Below are positions 1 through 8,909 of a stretch of 32,000 nt of DNA, in pieces; position 1 is the first letter of the stretch, and every line of letters starts with the position of its first letter. The stretch is from an uncultured Erysipelotrichaceae bacterium (lineage in GTDB: Bacteria; Bacillota_I; Bacilli_A; Erysipelotrichales; Erysipelotrichaceae): positions 1 through 32,000 of the forward strand of contig CAYNZZ010000002.1 in assembly GCA_964401865.1 (NCBI GenBank), read 5' to 3'. The position numbers were made by a program, and so were the translations under genes. Below the pieces are notes generated by a model. It searched no databases, was not told the origin of the DNA, and saw only the letters and a list, made by a program, of their open reading frames with translations.

Positions 1-2
1 AA

Positions 3-1025
3 CAGCAAAAAAATATAGCCATACCGTGCCCAAATGGTTATAAGATAAAAGTATATTATGAAAACGGAAGTAGTGAAGTATTGGATGTCAATTCCAATAT
101 GATTAGCAATTTCAATACAAATGAAGAAGGACTTATAAGTGTTCAAATTAATTATTGTGGAGTAACTACGAGTTTTGATATAACTGTTTCAAATGAATTA
201 AACACAATAAGAGACGAATTAAATAATAAAATAAGTGAAAACATTGAAACTTTTAATCAAAATGGAACATATAATATCAATGATTTAGACTTTATTAAAG
301 AATCATTGACTAAGATAGATTATCAATTAAGTTTTGAAGAGATTAGAGCTTTAGATGCAATGATGATACAAAACAGCGATAACAATTACCATATTTTAGA
401 TAATGATTTTGATATGAGTATTTCAGGATTCGCTTTATCTTTGCCAGATGCAGAAAATGATGATTTTATTGTTCCTAATACATATTATGCAAAAGTCAGC
501 AAAGTCACGCGTCGGAAAACAAGGAGGCTAATAGATGTTTCTAAGGCTTATGGTTTTAAAGATGTATCAAGCTTTAATCTTAAATTTTCATTGAATTTAA
601 AAGACATTGATCCGATCATTCCGTTTGTAGTTCAAGTTAAAATTGATGATAAAGATTTGAACTCTATTTATTCTGTATATCGTTTAGATGTTGATGGAAA
701 TGTATATAAGTGTCGAAGTCGACAATCTACTAATTATATTCAATTTCTTACTAATGGTTCGGGTGATTTTATGATACTGTCAATGAATAGTCAAAATACT
801 TATGATTTGCAAGATGGTATCGAAAATATCAATGCGGATAATCAGGATATTAATATTCATAAATTATTTATTGAATATAGTTTTTTATTTATGATTAGTT
901 TAGTTGCAGTTATTTTGTTGATAAATCTTAAAAGATTAGTAAAGGAGCAGAATGATTTATGGAAAGATTACAAAAAGTTATCGCTCAATGTGGAGTGTGT
1001 TCAAGAAGAAGGGCAGAAGAATTAA
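3..1025 (+). CDS. C-terminal part of a cell-surface protein (5' end outside window): Ig-like repeat, uncharacterised middle region, C-terminal membrane anchor
   Basis: The frame of ORF 81..1025 stays open back to nt 3 with no stop, so the ATG at 81 is probably internal. The segment YKIKVYYENGSSEVLDVNSNMISNFNTNEEGLISVQINYCGVTTSFDITV follows the pattern of bacterial Ig-like surface repeats. The hydrophobic stretch FLFMISLVAVILLI followed by KRLVK near the C-terminus looks like a membrane anchor. Confidence 0.5.
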   Translation, partial: QQKNIAIPCPNGYKIKVYYENGSSEVLDVNSNMISNFNTNEEGLISVQINYCGVTTSFDITVSNELNTIRDELNNKISENIETFNQNGTYNINDLDFIKESLTKIDYQLSFEEIRALDAMMIQNSDNNYHILDNDFDMSISGFALSLPDAENDDFIVPNTYYAKVSKVTRRKTRRLIDVSKAYGFKDVSSFNLKFSLNLKDIDPIIPFVVQVKIDDKDLNSIYSVYRLDVDGNVYKCRSRQSTNYIQFLTNGSGDFMILSMNSQNTYDLQDGIENINADNQDINIHKLFIEYSFLFMISLVAVILLINLKRLVKEQNDLWKDYKKLSLNVECVQEEGQKN

Positions 1026-1684
1026 TTGTTCAAGGACGCGTTAAAGTAGATGGAGTCGTTGTCGATACCTTGGGTTATAAAGTTCGAGGCGATCAAGAAA
1101 TCACGATTGATGATAAGACTATTACTAAAGAAGAAAAGGTCGTCTATATCATGAATAAGCCTAAAAACATCATTACTTCTGTTAGTGATGATAAAAATCG
1201 CACTACCGTAGTTGATTTGATTGATTCGCCATTTAGAGTTTTCCCGATTGGAAGATTAGATTTTGATTCAAGTGGATTGATTATTTTGACTAATGATGGT
1301 GATTTGGCAAATAAAATTATTCATCCCAAGTTTCATATACCAAAAACATATGAAGTTACTATTAACGATATTTTAAAAGAAGAAGATATGAAAAAACTTC
1401 AAAATGGCGTCAAGGTTGATGATTATGTCTCTTCGCCAGCTAAATTAAAGATTTTAAAAACTAATCCAAATAAAAAAACGACCTTCATAAAAATGACAAT
1501 TTATGAAGGTCATAACAGACAGATTAGAAAAATGTTTGAGAGTTTGGGATATTTAGTTATAAAGCTTCATCGAATTGAAGAAGCGAATATCAAGATTGGC
1601 AATTTAAGGCCAGGAGAATACCGTAAGTTAAAGCCATTTGAAGTAGTTAGTTTAAAGAATTATTTAAACCAAAGCAATTTTTAA
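959..1684 (+). CDS. rluB: 23S rRNA pseudouridine synthase, RsuA/RluB family
   Basis: S4-domain N-terminus MERLQKVIAQCGVCSRRRAEELIVQGRVKVDG. Catalytic motif GRLDFDSSGLIILTNDG. AAGGAG at 942-947 upstream of the ATG at 959. Confidence 0.85.
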   Translation: MERLQKVIAQCGVCSRRRAEELIVQGRVKVDGVVVDTLGYKVRGDQEITIDDKTITKEEKVVYIMNKPKNIITSVSDDKNRTTVVDLIDSPFRVFPIGRLDFDSSGLIILTNDGDLANKIIHPKFHIPKTYEVTINDILKEEDMKKLQNGVKVDDYVSSPAKLKILKTNPNKKTTFIKMTIYEGHNRQIRKMFESLGYLVIKLHRIEEANIKIGNLRPGEYRKLKPFEVVSLKNYLNQSNF

Positions 1685-3298
1685 GGTGTTGTCGAATTCT
1701 GGATCGATATAAATTGTTTTTTGATTTCTAATTGATACTAGTCCAGATTTTGCTCCTTTAATATTTTTGACATCTTTACATAAACAATAATCAACTGGGA
1801 CGCTTGATGAATGGCGTCCTTTTGAGAAGTAGGCAGCCAAATTGGCACAAAAGCGCAAAGTGTCCTCATCGATTTCGGAAGCATTTATTACAAGGTGTGA
1901 TCCGTGATACCCTTGAGCATGGAACCATAAATAATCATTTTTAGCATATTTAAAGGTTACATAATTATTTTGAATGTGATTTTTGCCAAAAGCGATAATA
2001 TAGTCTTTGTATTTAATCTGGTAAACCTTTACTCTATCATTGTTTCGCTTATATGCATGTTTCTTTTTGTCCCTCAAGTACCCATATTTAATCAATTCTT
2101 GCTTAATCATCAACGAATCTTCTAAATTAGCTATCTCTAGTTGTTCGAGTAATGATTCAAAATAATCTTTTTCACTTTTAGCAATCTCTAGTTGTTCAAC
2201 AATATAGGATTGTCCTTTTTTCTTTTTATGATAATTTTGATAAAAACGATTAGCATTTTCTTTGATACTTTTTTTAGGATCGAGTTCAATGGTTAGTTTA
2301 TTCCCATAATAATCGGTAACTGTTACTTCTTTTTTACCCTTTTGATTTATATCGCCATATGTATATAGTAAGTCGCCTTTGTTTTTGTATTCTTCGTTGT
2401 CGAGAGCGTCGAGATAAGATTCATTTAGTTTAATGATTTTGTTTTCGTAATGTTTTAATTGTTTTTGAACAAATTTAATGATATCGTCTGCACTTTTTTT
2501 AATTCTTTCTTTTTCTTCGAGATCAAAATATATGATGTTAAATGCTTCTTCAATGTCATATTTTTCAAAGCTTGAACTAAGATGCATCAAAGGTATAACG
2601 TGATATTCGATTCTAGAATCTATTTTAGTAACATATAAAGCTTTTGAATCTTTTATTTCTTGCATTATTTCTTCAAATTTTTGATTATTTAAACGAAATC
2701 TTATTTCCTGTTCAAGAAGTTTGGAAAATCCATCTAATTGTTTAACTAAGGACTCATTTAAATTGATATCAGTGGTTTGAAAAGGATTAAGCTTATTTTG
2801 TGGTTCGGGTAATTTATAAACTGCTCCTGGATGAATAGTACGCTTGCTATTTTCAAAAGGAGGAATCCTCTTTAAAGCGTCAATAATCTTATTGCTTTCA
2901 TCATCAACCAGGATTAAATTGGCGTACTTACCCATTAATTCTACATATAAACGATATTCTTTCTTATCATATAGTTCATTTTGCGATCTAATTGATAATA
3001 TTAAGAGACGGTCAAGATTCACTTGCTTAATGTCATAAATAATACCATCACCAATGTGTTTTCTTAGCAACATAATAAAACCACTCGGATTGTCGTATGT
3101 GTTGTAGTTATTGCTAGAAAAACAGATTCGATTGTATATTGAATGGCACGAAATTATAAGATTAGTTCTTTTTTTATTTGATAAAACATTAAAAATAATT
3201 TCATTATCTGAAACAGCGATTATTTTATTGATGCGCATCGGAAGTCGTGTAATCATGTCTTCCTTGATTTTACTAAGTATTATTCCATCTAAAGCCAT
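1664..3298 (-). CDS. rqcH: Ribosome quality control factor RqcH (NFACT / fibronectin-binding protein A family)
   Basis: NFACT-N start MALDGIIL and a DR dipeptide in NLDRLL. Long coiled-coil middle. C-terminal DUF814/NFACT-R motif WFHAQGYHGSHLVI. At 544 aa it is similar in length to Bacillus RqcH. Confidence 0.85.
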   Translation of the reverse strand: MALDGIILSKIKEDMITRLPMRINKIIAVSDNEIIFNVLSNKKRTNLIISCHSIYNRICFSSNNYNTYDNPSGFIMLLRKHIGDGIIYDIKQVNLDRLLILSIRSQNELYDKKEYRLYVELMGKYANLILVDDESNKIIDALKRIPPFENSKRTIHPGAVYKLPEPQNKLNPFQTTDINLNESLVKQLDGFSKLLEQEIRFRLNNQKFEEIMQEIKDSKALYVTKIDSRIEYHVIPLMHLSSSFEKYDIEEAFNIIYFDLEEKERIKKSADDIIKFVQKQLKHYENKIIKLNESYLDALDNEEYKNKGDLLYTYGDINQKGKKEVTVTDYYGNKLTIELDPKKSIKENANRFYQNYHKKKKGQSYIVEQLEIAKSEKDYFESLLEQLEIANLEDSLMIKQELIKYGYLRDKKKHAYKRNNDRVKVYQIKYKDYIIAFGKNHIQNNYVTFKYAKNDYLWFHAQGYHGSHLVINASEIDEDTLRFCANLAAYFSKGRHSSSVPVDYCLCKDVKNIKGAKSGLVSIRNQKTIYIDPEFDNTLKIALV

Positions 3299-3304
3299 AA
3301 AAAC

Positions 3305-3310
3305 ATTATA
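3305..3310 (-). promoter_or_regulatory. -10 hexamer TATAAT located 6 nt upstream of the rqcH ATG (candidate leaderless promoter)
   Basis: The minus strand reads TATAAT-GTTTTT-ATG. There is no Shine-Dalgarno sequence, and no good -35 was seen. Confidence 0.45.
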
Positions 3311-3331
3311 GCTTATCTTTAATAAAAGTGA

Positions 3332-3360
3332 TTAAACAAATGAATTAAATGTAGTAAAAT
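3332..3360 (+). promoter_or_regulatory. gmk promoter: -35 TTAAAC, 17-nt spacer, -10 TAAAAT, ending 6 nt before the ATG
   Basis: TTAAAC at 3332-3337 and TAAAAT at 3355-3360, then CAAGAT and the ATG at 3367. No SD in the 20 nt upstream. The frame is closed by TAA at 3355-3357. Confidence 0.5.
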
Positions 3361-3366
3361 CAAGAT

Positions 3367-3942
3367 ATGAAAAAAGGATTACTTATTATCATTAGTGGGC
3401 CAAGTGGAGTTGGCAAGGGTACTGTCATTAAAGAAATCATGAATTGCCCAGAATTAAAACTTACCTATTCTATTTCCGCTACTACTCGTAAACCAAGGGA
3501 GAATGAAGTTGATGGCGTAAACTATTTCTTTGTTGAGAAGGAAGATTTTTTGCAAAGTGCAGACAGAGGAGATTTTTTAGAGTACGCATGTTTTGTGGAG
3601 AATTATTACGGAACACCGAAAAAGTATGTCGAAGAAAAAAGAAAAGAGGGAATGAATGTTCTTTTGGAAATCGAAACAGTCGGAGCTAAACAAGTTATGG
3701 ATGTTCTAAAAGATGATGATGGCTGTATTTCGATATTTATTACACCTCCGAGTCTTGAAGAGTTAGAGAGAAGAATTAGAGGTCGCAATAGTGAAACGGA
3801 AGAAGTCATTAAAAAAAGAGTCGAAAAAGCCAAGCAAGAGCTTCAAGAAACTTTTAGATATAAGTATGTAGTATGCAATAAGACGATAAAAGATACAGTT
3901 AAAAATATTTACGATATTCTTATTAAAGAAATGAATAAATAA
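3367..3942 (+). CDS. gmk: Guanylate kinase
   Basis: P-loop ISGPSGVGKGT, TTRKPRENEVDGVNYFF and the general Gmk layout. 191 aa. Confidence 0.95.
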   Translation: MKKGLLIIISGPSGVGKGTVIKEIMNCPELKLTYSISATTRKPRENEVDGVNYFFVEKEDFLQSADRGDFLEYACFVENYYGTPKKYVEEKRKEGMNVLLEIETVGAKQVMDVLKDDDGCISIFITPPSLEELERRIRGRNSETEEVIKKRVEKAKQELQETFRYKYVVCNKTIKDTVKNIYDILIKEMNK

Positions 3943-3945
3943 ATC

Positions 3946-3970
3946 AAGACGACAAAATGTCGTCTTTTAT
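3946..3970 (+). terminator. Intrinsic terminator of gmk
   Basis: AAGACGAC (3946-3953), AAAAT loop, GTCGTCTT (3959-3966), followed by a T-rich run. Confidence 0.75.
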
Positions 3971-3983
3971 ATTCTGATAACAA

Positions 3984-4010
3984 AAAAGAAGCTAATCAAT
4001 AGCTTCTTTA
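3984..4010 (-). terminator. Intrinsic terminator of rpsD
   Basis: The plus strand reads AAAAGAAGCTA-atcaa-TAGCTTCTTT. On the minus strand the hairpin is followed by TTTTTTG. Confidence 0.7.
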
Positions 4011-4015
4011 TGATA

Positions 4016-4621
4016 TTAACGATTGTAGTATTCGATAACTAGCAATTCATTAACTTCAGTATTTAATTCATTTCTTTCTGGAAGTCTAACGAACTTACCT
4101 TTACGATTATCTTTATCAACTTCAACGAAATCTTTAACAGATAATGTTGCTTCTAAAGCATCAGCGATACAAGCTAAGTTACGAGATTTTTCTTTAACCT
4201 CAATAGTTTGTCCAGGTTTTACACGGTATGAAGGGATATCTACCTTTTTGCCATCTACTAAGATATGACCGTGGTTAACAAGTTGTCTAGCTTGTCTTCT
4301 TGTTAGAGCAAATCCCATACGATATACTAAGTTATCAAGACGAGATTCCAACAATAACAATAGGTTAGTACCTGTTACGCCACTCATTTTAACAGCTCTT
4401 TCATAAGTGTTGAAGAATTGTTTTTCGCTTAGGCCATACATATGTCTGATTTTTTGCTTTTCAGCTTTCTGTAAACCATAGTTACTTTGTTTGATTCTTT
4501 TTGTAGGACTTCCATGTTGTCCTGGGATGTAAGGACGTTTTCTTAATTCTTCACCTGTTTCTAAGATTGAGAAGTTAAGACGTCTAGAAATACGCCATAC
4601 TGGCCCTGTGTATCTTGCCAT
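4016..4621 (-). CDS. rpsD: 30S ribosomal protein S4
   Basis: The canonical start [15 protein letters not shown] is preceded by AAGGAGGA. The 9 extra N-terminal residues in the ORF track (MPINNKEEI) overlap this SD and are rejected. Confidence 0.95.
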   Translation of the reverse strand: MARYTGPVWRISRRLNFSILETGEELRKRPYIPGQHGSPTKRIKQSNYGLQKAEKQKIRHMYGLSEKQFFNTYERAVKMSGVTGTNLLLLLESRLDNLVYRMGFALTRRQARQLVNHGHILVDGKKVDIPSYRVKPGQTIEVKEKSRNLACIADALEATLSVKDFVEVDKDNRKGKFVRLPERNELNTEVNELLVIEYYNR

Positions 4622-4787
4622 AATTTCCTCCTTATTGTTTATGGGCATAAACGATAATAGGTGTAAATCATCTAAAATGGTGTTGATATTAGAGGTTTCA
4701 TCTTAGCGCAAGATTACTGCTCGCTAGCTCATTAAAACTAGTATCAACGGCCTACTTTCAGACTTTACATGCTGCTATCAAGTACGC
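4622..4787 (-). promoter_or_regulatory. Long (about 165 nt) 5' leader of rpsD, candidate S4 autoregulatory leader
   Basis: This is the distance from the predicted promoter to the ATG. It contains the long-range complement GTTGATA / TATCAAC and a local TAGCG / CGCTA helix. S4 autoregulation through the leader is established in Bacillus. The structure was not computed. Confidence 0.4.
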
Positions 4788-4793
4788 TTTAAT

Positions 4794-4822
4794 ACTATAA
4801 CAAATATTGATATAAGCGTCAA
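4794..4822 (-). promoter_or_regulatory. rpsD promoter: -35 TTGACG, 17-nt spacer, -10 TATAGT
   Basis: The minus strand reads TTGACG (4822-4817), a 17-nt spacer, then TATAGT (4799-4794). Confidence 0.65.
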
Positions 4823-4851
4823 TTGAAAAAGCTTATAAATGATAGTAAAAT
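4823..4851 (+). promoter_or_regulatory. ezrA promoter: -35 TTGAAA, 17-nt spacer, -10 TAAAAT
   Basis: TTGAAA at 4823-4828 and TAAAAT at 4846-4851. SD GGAGGG at 4866-4871. ATG at 4874. Confidence 0.6.
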
Positions 4852-4873
4852 ATTGGTATAAATTGGAGGGAAT

Positions 4874-6589
4874 ATGGATACCAATACTCAAGTAATTGTT
4901 TTGATTTCATTGATAGCAGTTTCAATCGTCATCGTTTTAATATTAATTAGGAATGCTCGTTCAACATCGTTAAAAAAAGACTTGGATGAAATAAATGTCC
5001 GTTTCAATCGTGTAAGAACCATACCTTTAGCTTTTAAACTAAATAAAGCAAAGGCAATGGCTAAAATAAATGAGGATACATTTAAGAAAGTTGAAGATTA
5101 TTACAGCAAGTATGAACAGGCACAGAAGAACCTAGATAATCTGCAAAATCTCATCGAGGGTTTAGAGGATGATTTAGCTTCAAAAAAATATGGAGACGCT
5201 AAAAAATCTTTAGTTGTTGTTAAAGAGAATTTAAAGGATTGTGAAGAAGAAATATCGGCTATTGATGAGTTTTTGGAACAATTCTCTAAGCAGGAAACAA
5301 TTCAAAGAGAAATATCAAATGATTTAAAAGAAAAATATCGCGATGTTAAGATCAAGGTTCAAAATAATGTTCAGAATTTATCTATTGCTTATGAAGGCAT
5401 TGAAGAACGTATGCAGAAATGTGAGGAACTTTTTTCTTCATTTGAAGAATGGATGTATGCTAATGAATTTGTGAATGCTCAAGAAAACTTAGAAGAACTT
5501 GATAAAGCGATTAAAGATATCGATGATTCAATAGATATTATTCCAGAGTGTATAAAGGAAGCTAAAGGTGTTTTACCGGTTATGATGGATGAAATATCTA
5601 GAAACTATGCCTTGAGTATTCAAAGAGGGATCTATCTTAAACATTTAGACATCGATACAAAGATAACCAGTTTAAATGGACGTTTAAATGCCAGTGCAAA
5701 ATCAATTATTGAAGCTAATATCGATGGTGTAAAAGAAGAACTTGAGCAGATCAAAAATGAGCTATCTTTGATTGGTAAAGAACTTGAGGAAGAAAATATT
5801 GCCTTTCAAAATACAAAAAAAGCATCTGATCAAGTGTTAAAGAATATTGATGAAGTGAGTCGTCTATATTCGTATATTGATACTGTACTAGAGAAGGAAA
5901 GCGAAAGATATAGTTTAGAAGGTATTAGAGAAAAAGTAAAAGAGACAAAAGAAAAGATTGATAATTATCAAAATCATTACCGTGAACTAAACTATTTGAT
6001 TTCTAAAAATGATACTCCTTCGACTGAATTATTTAAGAAAGCTAATGATATTTATAATGATACTTTAGTAGATATTGAAGAATTAAAGAATTATAAACAT
6101 ATTGTCGATAAGACTTCTAGTGATGAATCACGTGCAATTTCGCAGGTTATGAAGCTACAGGTGGTATTGAATGAAGTAGAAGTTAAAATCATTCAGTATC
6201 GTTTGCCTGCTATTTCATCGTCTTACAAAGATGATTTGAAAACTGGACATGACTATGTCAAAGAAATAAAGACATTGTTAGATGAAGTACCTCTCAATAT
6301 CGAGAAGTTGAATGCTACATTAAATGAAGCGATTGACTACATTTATAAACTTTATAACAACGTCAATAATGTAGTTGGTATGGCATTGATGGTTGAAAAT
6401 GCTATTGTCTTTGGCAATAAATATCGTTCGACATATCCTGATGTCGATAGGGAATTATCTAGAGCTGAATTTGCGTATTTGAATGGCGAATATACTCAAG
6501 CCTTGACTATTGCCATTTCTTGCATGGAGAGTTTATTTCCAAATAAAGCTGACGAAAAGATTTTGGAGAATGTCAAAGGTGCAGCGTAG
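4874..6589 (+). CDS. ezrA: Septation ring formation regulator EzrA
   Basis: N-terminal TM helix VIVLISLIAVSIVIVLILI followed by about 540 aa of coiled coil. Length is 571 aa. It lies next to rpsD and upstream of the cysteine desulfurase-thiI pair, as I recall for Bacillus and Staphylococcus. Confidence 0.8.
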   Translation: MDTNTQVIVLISLIAVSIVIVLILIRNARSTSLKKDLDEINVRFNRVRTIPLAFKLNKAKAMAKINEDTFKKVEDYYSKYEQAQKNLDNLQNLIEGLEDDLASKKYGDAKKSLVVVKENLKDCEEEISAIDEFLEQFSKQETIQREISNDLKEKYRDVKIKVQNNVQNLSIAYEGIEERMQKCEELFSSFEEWMYANEFVNAQENLEELDKAIKDIDDSIDIIPECIKEAKGVLPVMMDEISRNYALSIQRGIYLKHLDIDTKITSLNGRLNASAKSIIEANIDGVKEELEQIKNELSLIGKELEEENIAFQNTKKASDQVLKNIDEVSRLYSYIDTVLEKESERYSLEGIREKVKETKEKIDNYQNHYRELNYLISKNDTPSTELFKKANDIYNDTLVDIEELKNYKHIVDKTSSDESRAISQVMKLQVVLNEVEVKIIQYRLPAISSSYKDDLKTGHDYVKEIKTLLDEVPLNIEKLNATLNEAIDYIYKLYNNVNNVVGMALMVENAIVFGNKYRSTYPDVDRELSRAEFAYLNGEYTQALTIAISCMESLFPNKADEKILENVKGAA

Positions 6590-7691
6590 AATTTATTTAG
6601 ACCACGCTTCGACTACTTCACTGAACAAAGAAGTAGAAGAGAGTTATGTTAAAATTTTAAATAGGTATTTTAATAGCGATGCTTTATATGATGATGGCGT
6701 CGCTGTTTATCGTATGCAAGAGGAAGCGAGAACGAGAATTTTAAATCTATTGAAAATGAAAAATGCACGCTTGATTTTTACATCAGGAGCTAGTGAAGCT
6801 AATAGTTTAGCTATTAAGGGCGTGGCATTTAATAATTTAAACAAGAAACATTTAATAACTTCTGTTTATGAACATGCCTCGGTATATAATGCATTTAAAC
6901 AATTAGAAGAGATATTTGGTTTTGAAGTAACATATCTTAAACCGAAGAAAAATGGCGTCATCGATGTAAATGACGTAAGAAGATCCTTAAGACCGGATAC
7001 ATTATTAGTTTCGATAATGCATGTAAATAATGAAATAGGTTCTATTAATGATATTGATTCAATAGGAAAGATAATAAAAAAAGAGAGTAGTGCTTATTTT
7101 CATAGTGACATTACTCAATCACTAGGCAAAATTGAAGTGATGCTTGATAACGTTGATATGGCTAGTTTTTCAGCTCACAAAATTCATGGTTTAAAGGGTA
7201 GTGGAGGTTTGTTACTTAGAAATCATATCAATTTGCAAGCAATTATTTCTGGCGGTCAACAAGAGTATGGCCTTAGAGGCGGAACATCAAATGCACAAAG
7301 CAATATCGTTTTAGCTAAAACAATCAGAATAGCACTAGAAAACGAAAAAAAGAATCGTGAATATATTAAAACAATGCATGACTATTTAATTGATGAACTT
7401 AAAAAAATCAATGTGAAGATTGTTTCTTTTGAAGATGGCATAAGTAATATAATTAGCTTTGTGACTAGTATAAAAAGTGAAGTGTTATTAAACCACTTTA
7501 ATTTAAATGGTATAATGCTTTCCAGCAAGAGCACCTGTGGTTCAAGAGAAAATGAACCATCAAGAGTATTGAAGTCAATTGGTGTTGACGATGAATATGC
7601 AATTAGACTATCACTAGGCGAAGAAAACATTATCGAAGAACTCAATTATTTTATTAAGGTTTTAAAGGAGGCTTTAAAGAGATATGGATGA
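6570..7691 (+). CDS. nifZ: Cysteine desulfurase (class V aminotransferase), ThiI-partner NifZ type
   Basis: RIYLDHASTT N-terminus. PLP-lysine motif SFSAHKIHG. Catalytic Cys in SSKSTCGS. Located directly upstream of thiI. The start is ambiguous: ATG 6570 or GTG 6579 (GGAGA at 6565-6569 favours the GTG). The ORF-track start at 6510 is rejected because it lies inside ezrA. Confidence 0.8.
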   Translation: MSKVQRRIYLDHASTTSLNKEVEESYVKILNRYFNSDALYDDGVAVYRMQEEARTRILNLLKMKNARLIFTSGASEANSLAIKGVAFNNLNKKHLITSVYEHASVYNAFKQLEEIFGFEVTYLKPKKNGVIDVNDVRRSLRPDTLLVSIMHVNNEIGSINDIDSIGKIIKKESSAYFHSDITQSLGKIEVMLDNVDMASFSAHKIHGLKGSGGLLLRNHINLQAIISGGQQEYGLRGGTSNAQSNIVLAKTIRIALENEKKNREYIKTMHDYLIDELKKINVKIVSFEDGISNIISFVTSIKSEVLLNHFNLNGIMLSSKSTCGSRENEPSRVLKSIGVDDEYAIRLSLGEENIIEELNYFIKVLKEALKRYG

Positions 7692-8889
7692 TATGATTTA
7701 TGAATATATCGTTGTGAGATATGGCGAACTCACTACAAAAGGGAAAAATAGAAAAGATTTCATTAAATGCTTAGTTTCAAATATCAAAAAGGCACTATGC
7801 GAATATGAAAATTTGAAATACAATCCAATGCATGATGGGTTGTTCATTTACTTGAACGGCGAAGATTATTATGATATTCAAAATAAACTTAAGAAAGTCT
7901 TTGGTTATAGTTATTTTTCAGGTGCGATAAAGACTAGTCGTGATATTGATGATATCGCTAATAATGCTTTAAAAATTGCTACTAACCATGAGTTTAAAAC
8001 TTTTAAAGTTCAAGCTAAACGAAATGATAAATCTTATCCAATTAAATCTGACGCTATTAATCGTGCTGTAGCTAGCAATATTTTAAAAAATAGTAATTTA
8101 AAAGTTGATGTTCATAATCCTGATTTAATCATTTATATCGTGGTTAAAAATGATGGTGCATATATCATGGATAAAAAGAATTACGGTTTTGGTGGATATC
8201 CAGTAGGCATTAATTCTAGATCGTTGTTGATGCTTTCGGGAGGAATTGATTCGCCAGTTGCTGGTTTCTTAACGATGAAAAGGGGTATTAAGATAGAATG
8301 TTTACACTTTGCTTCGATGCCTTACACATCAAAACAGGCACTCGACAAAGTTTATGATTTAGCACGTCGATTAAGTGAATATCAAAACGATATTATTGTA
8401 CACACTGTACCATTTACCGATTTACAATTGGCGATATATAAACATGTCGATGAGTCTTATGCTATTACGATTATGCGTAGAATGATGTATCGAATTGCTG
8501 ATAAGTTATGTAAAAAAAGAAATATATCTTCTATATCTAATGGTGAAAGTGTTGGCCAAGTGGCTTCCCAAACACCAGAGAGTATGCAAGTTATTTCTTC
8601 GGTGTGTGATACATTGATTTTTAGACCGGTATGTATGATGGATAAATTGGAAATTATTGATATTGCTAAAAAGATTGACACATTCGAAACATCAATATTG
8701 CCATATGAGGATTGTTGCACAATCTTTACACCTAAAAATCCTACAACCAAGCCTAAACTTGATAAGTGCCTATATTATGAAAGTTTGTTTGATTATGAAA
8801 AACTAATTGATGAGTGTATTGAAAAAATCGAAATCAAAAAGATTGAATTCAATCAAAAAAAAGAAGATATTCAAGATGATTTATTTTAA
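7684..8889 (+). CDS. thiI: tRNA 4-thiouridine synthase ThiI (no rhodanese domain)
   Basis: N-terminus YEYIVVRYGELTTKGKNRKDF, a THUMP region and the PP-loop SGGIDSPVA. AAGGAGG at 7665-7671. Confidence 0.9.
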   Translation: MDDMIYEYIVVRYGELTTKGKNRKDFIKCLVSNIKKALCEYENLKYNPMHDGLFIYLNGEDYYDIQNKLKKVFGYSYFSGAIKTSRDIDDIANNALKIATNHEFKTFKVQAKRNDKSYPIKSDAINRAVASNILKNSNLKVDVHNPDLIIYIVVKNDGAYIMDKKNYGFGGYPVGINSRSLLMLSGGIDSPVAGFLTMKRGIKIECLHFASMPYTSKQALDKVYDLARRLSEYQNDIIVHTVPFTDLQLAIYKHVDESYAITIMRRMMYRIADKLCKKRNISSISNGESVGQVASQTPESMQVISSVCDTLIFRPVCMMDKLEIIDIAKKIDTFETSILPYEDCCTIFTPKNPTTKPKLDKCLYYESLFDYEKLIDECIEKIEIKKIEFNQKKEDIQDDLF

Positions 8890-8909
8890 AGTAGAGGAGG
8901 GAGAAAAAA

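Noticed and set aside
4622-4648. N-terminal extensions of rpsD (9 codons), rpiB (11 codons, 17961..17993) and the cysteine desulfurase (20 codons, 6510..6569) given by the ORF track.
   Set aside because: The extensions cover the genes' own Shine-Dalgarno sequences or the upstream gene. The shorter starts reproduce the canonical N-termini ([18 protein letters not shown], ..RIYLDHAS).
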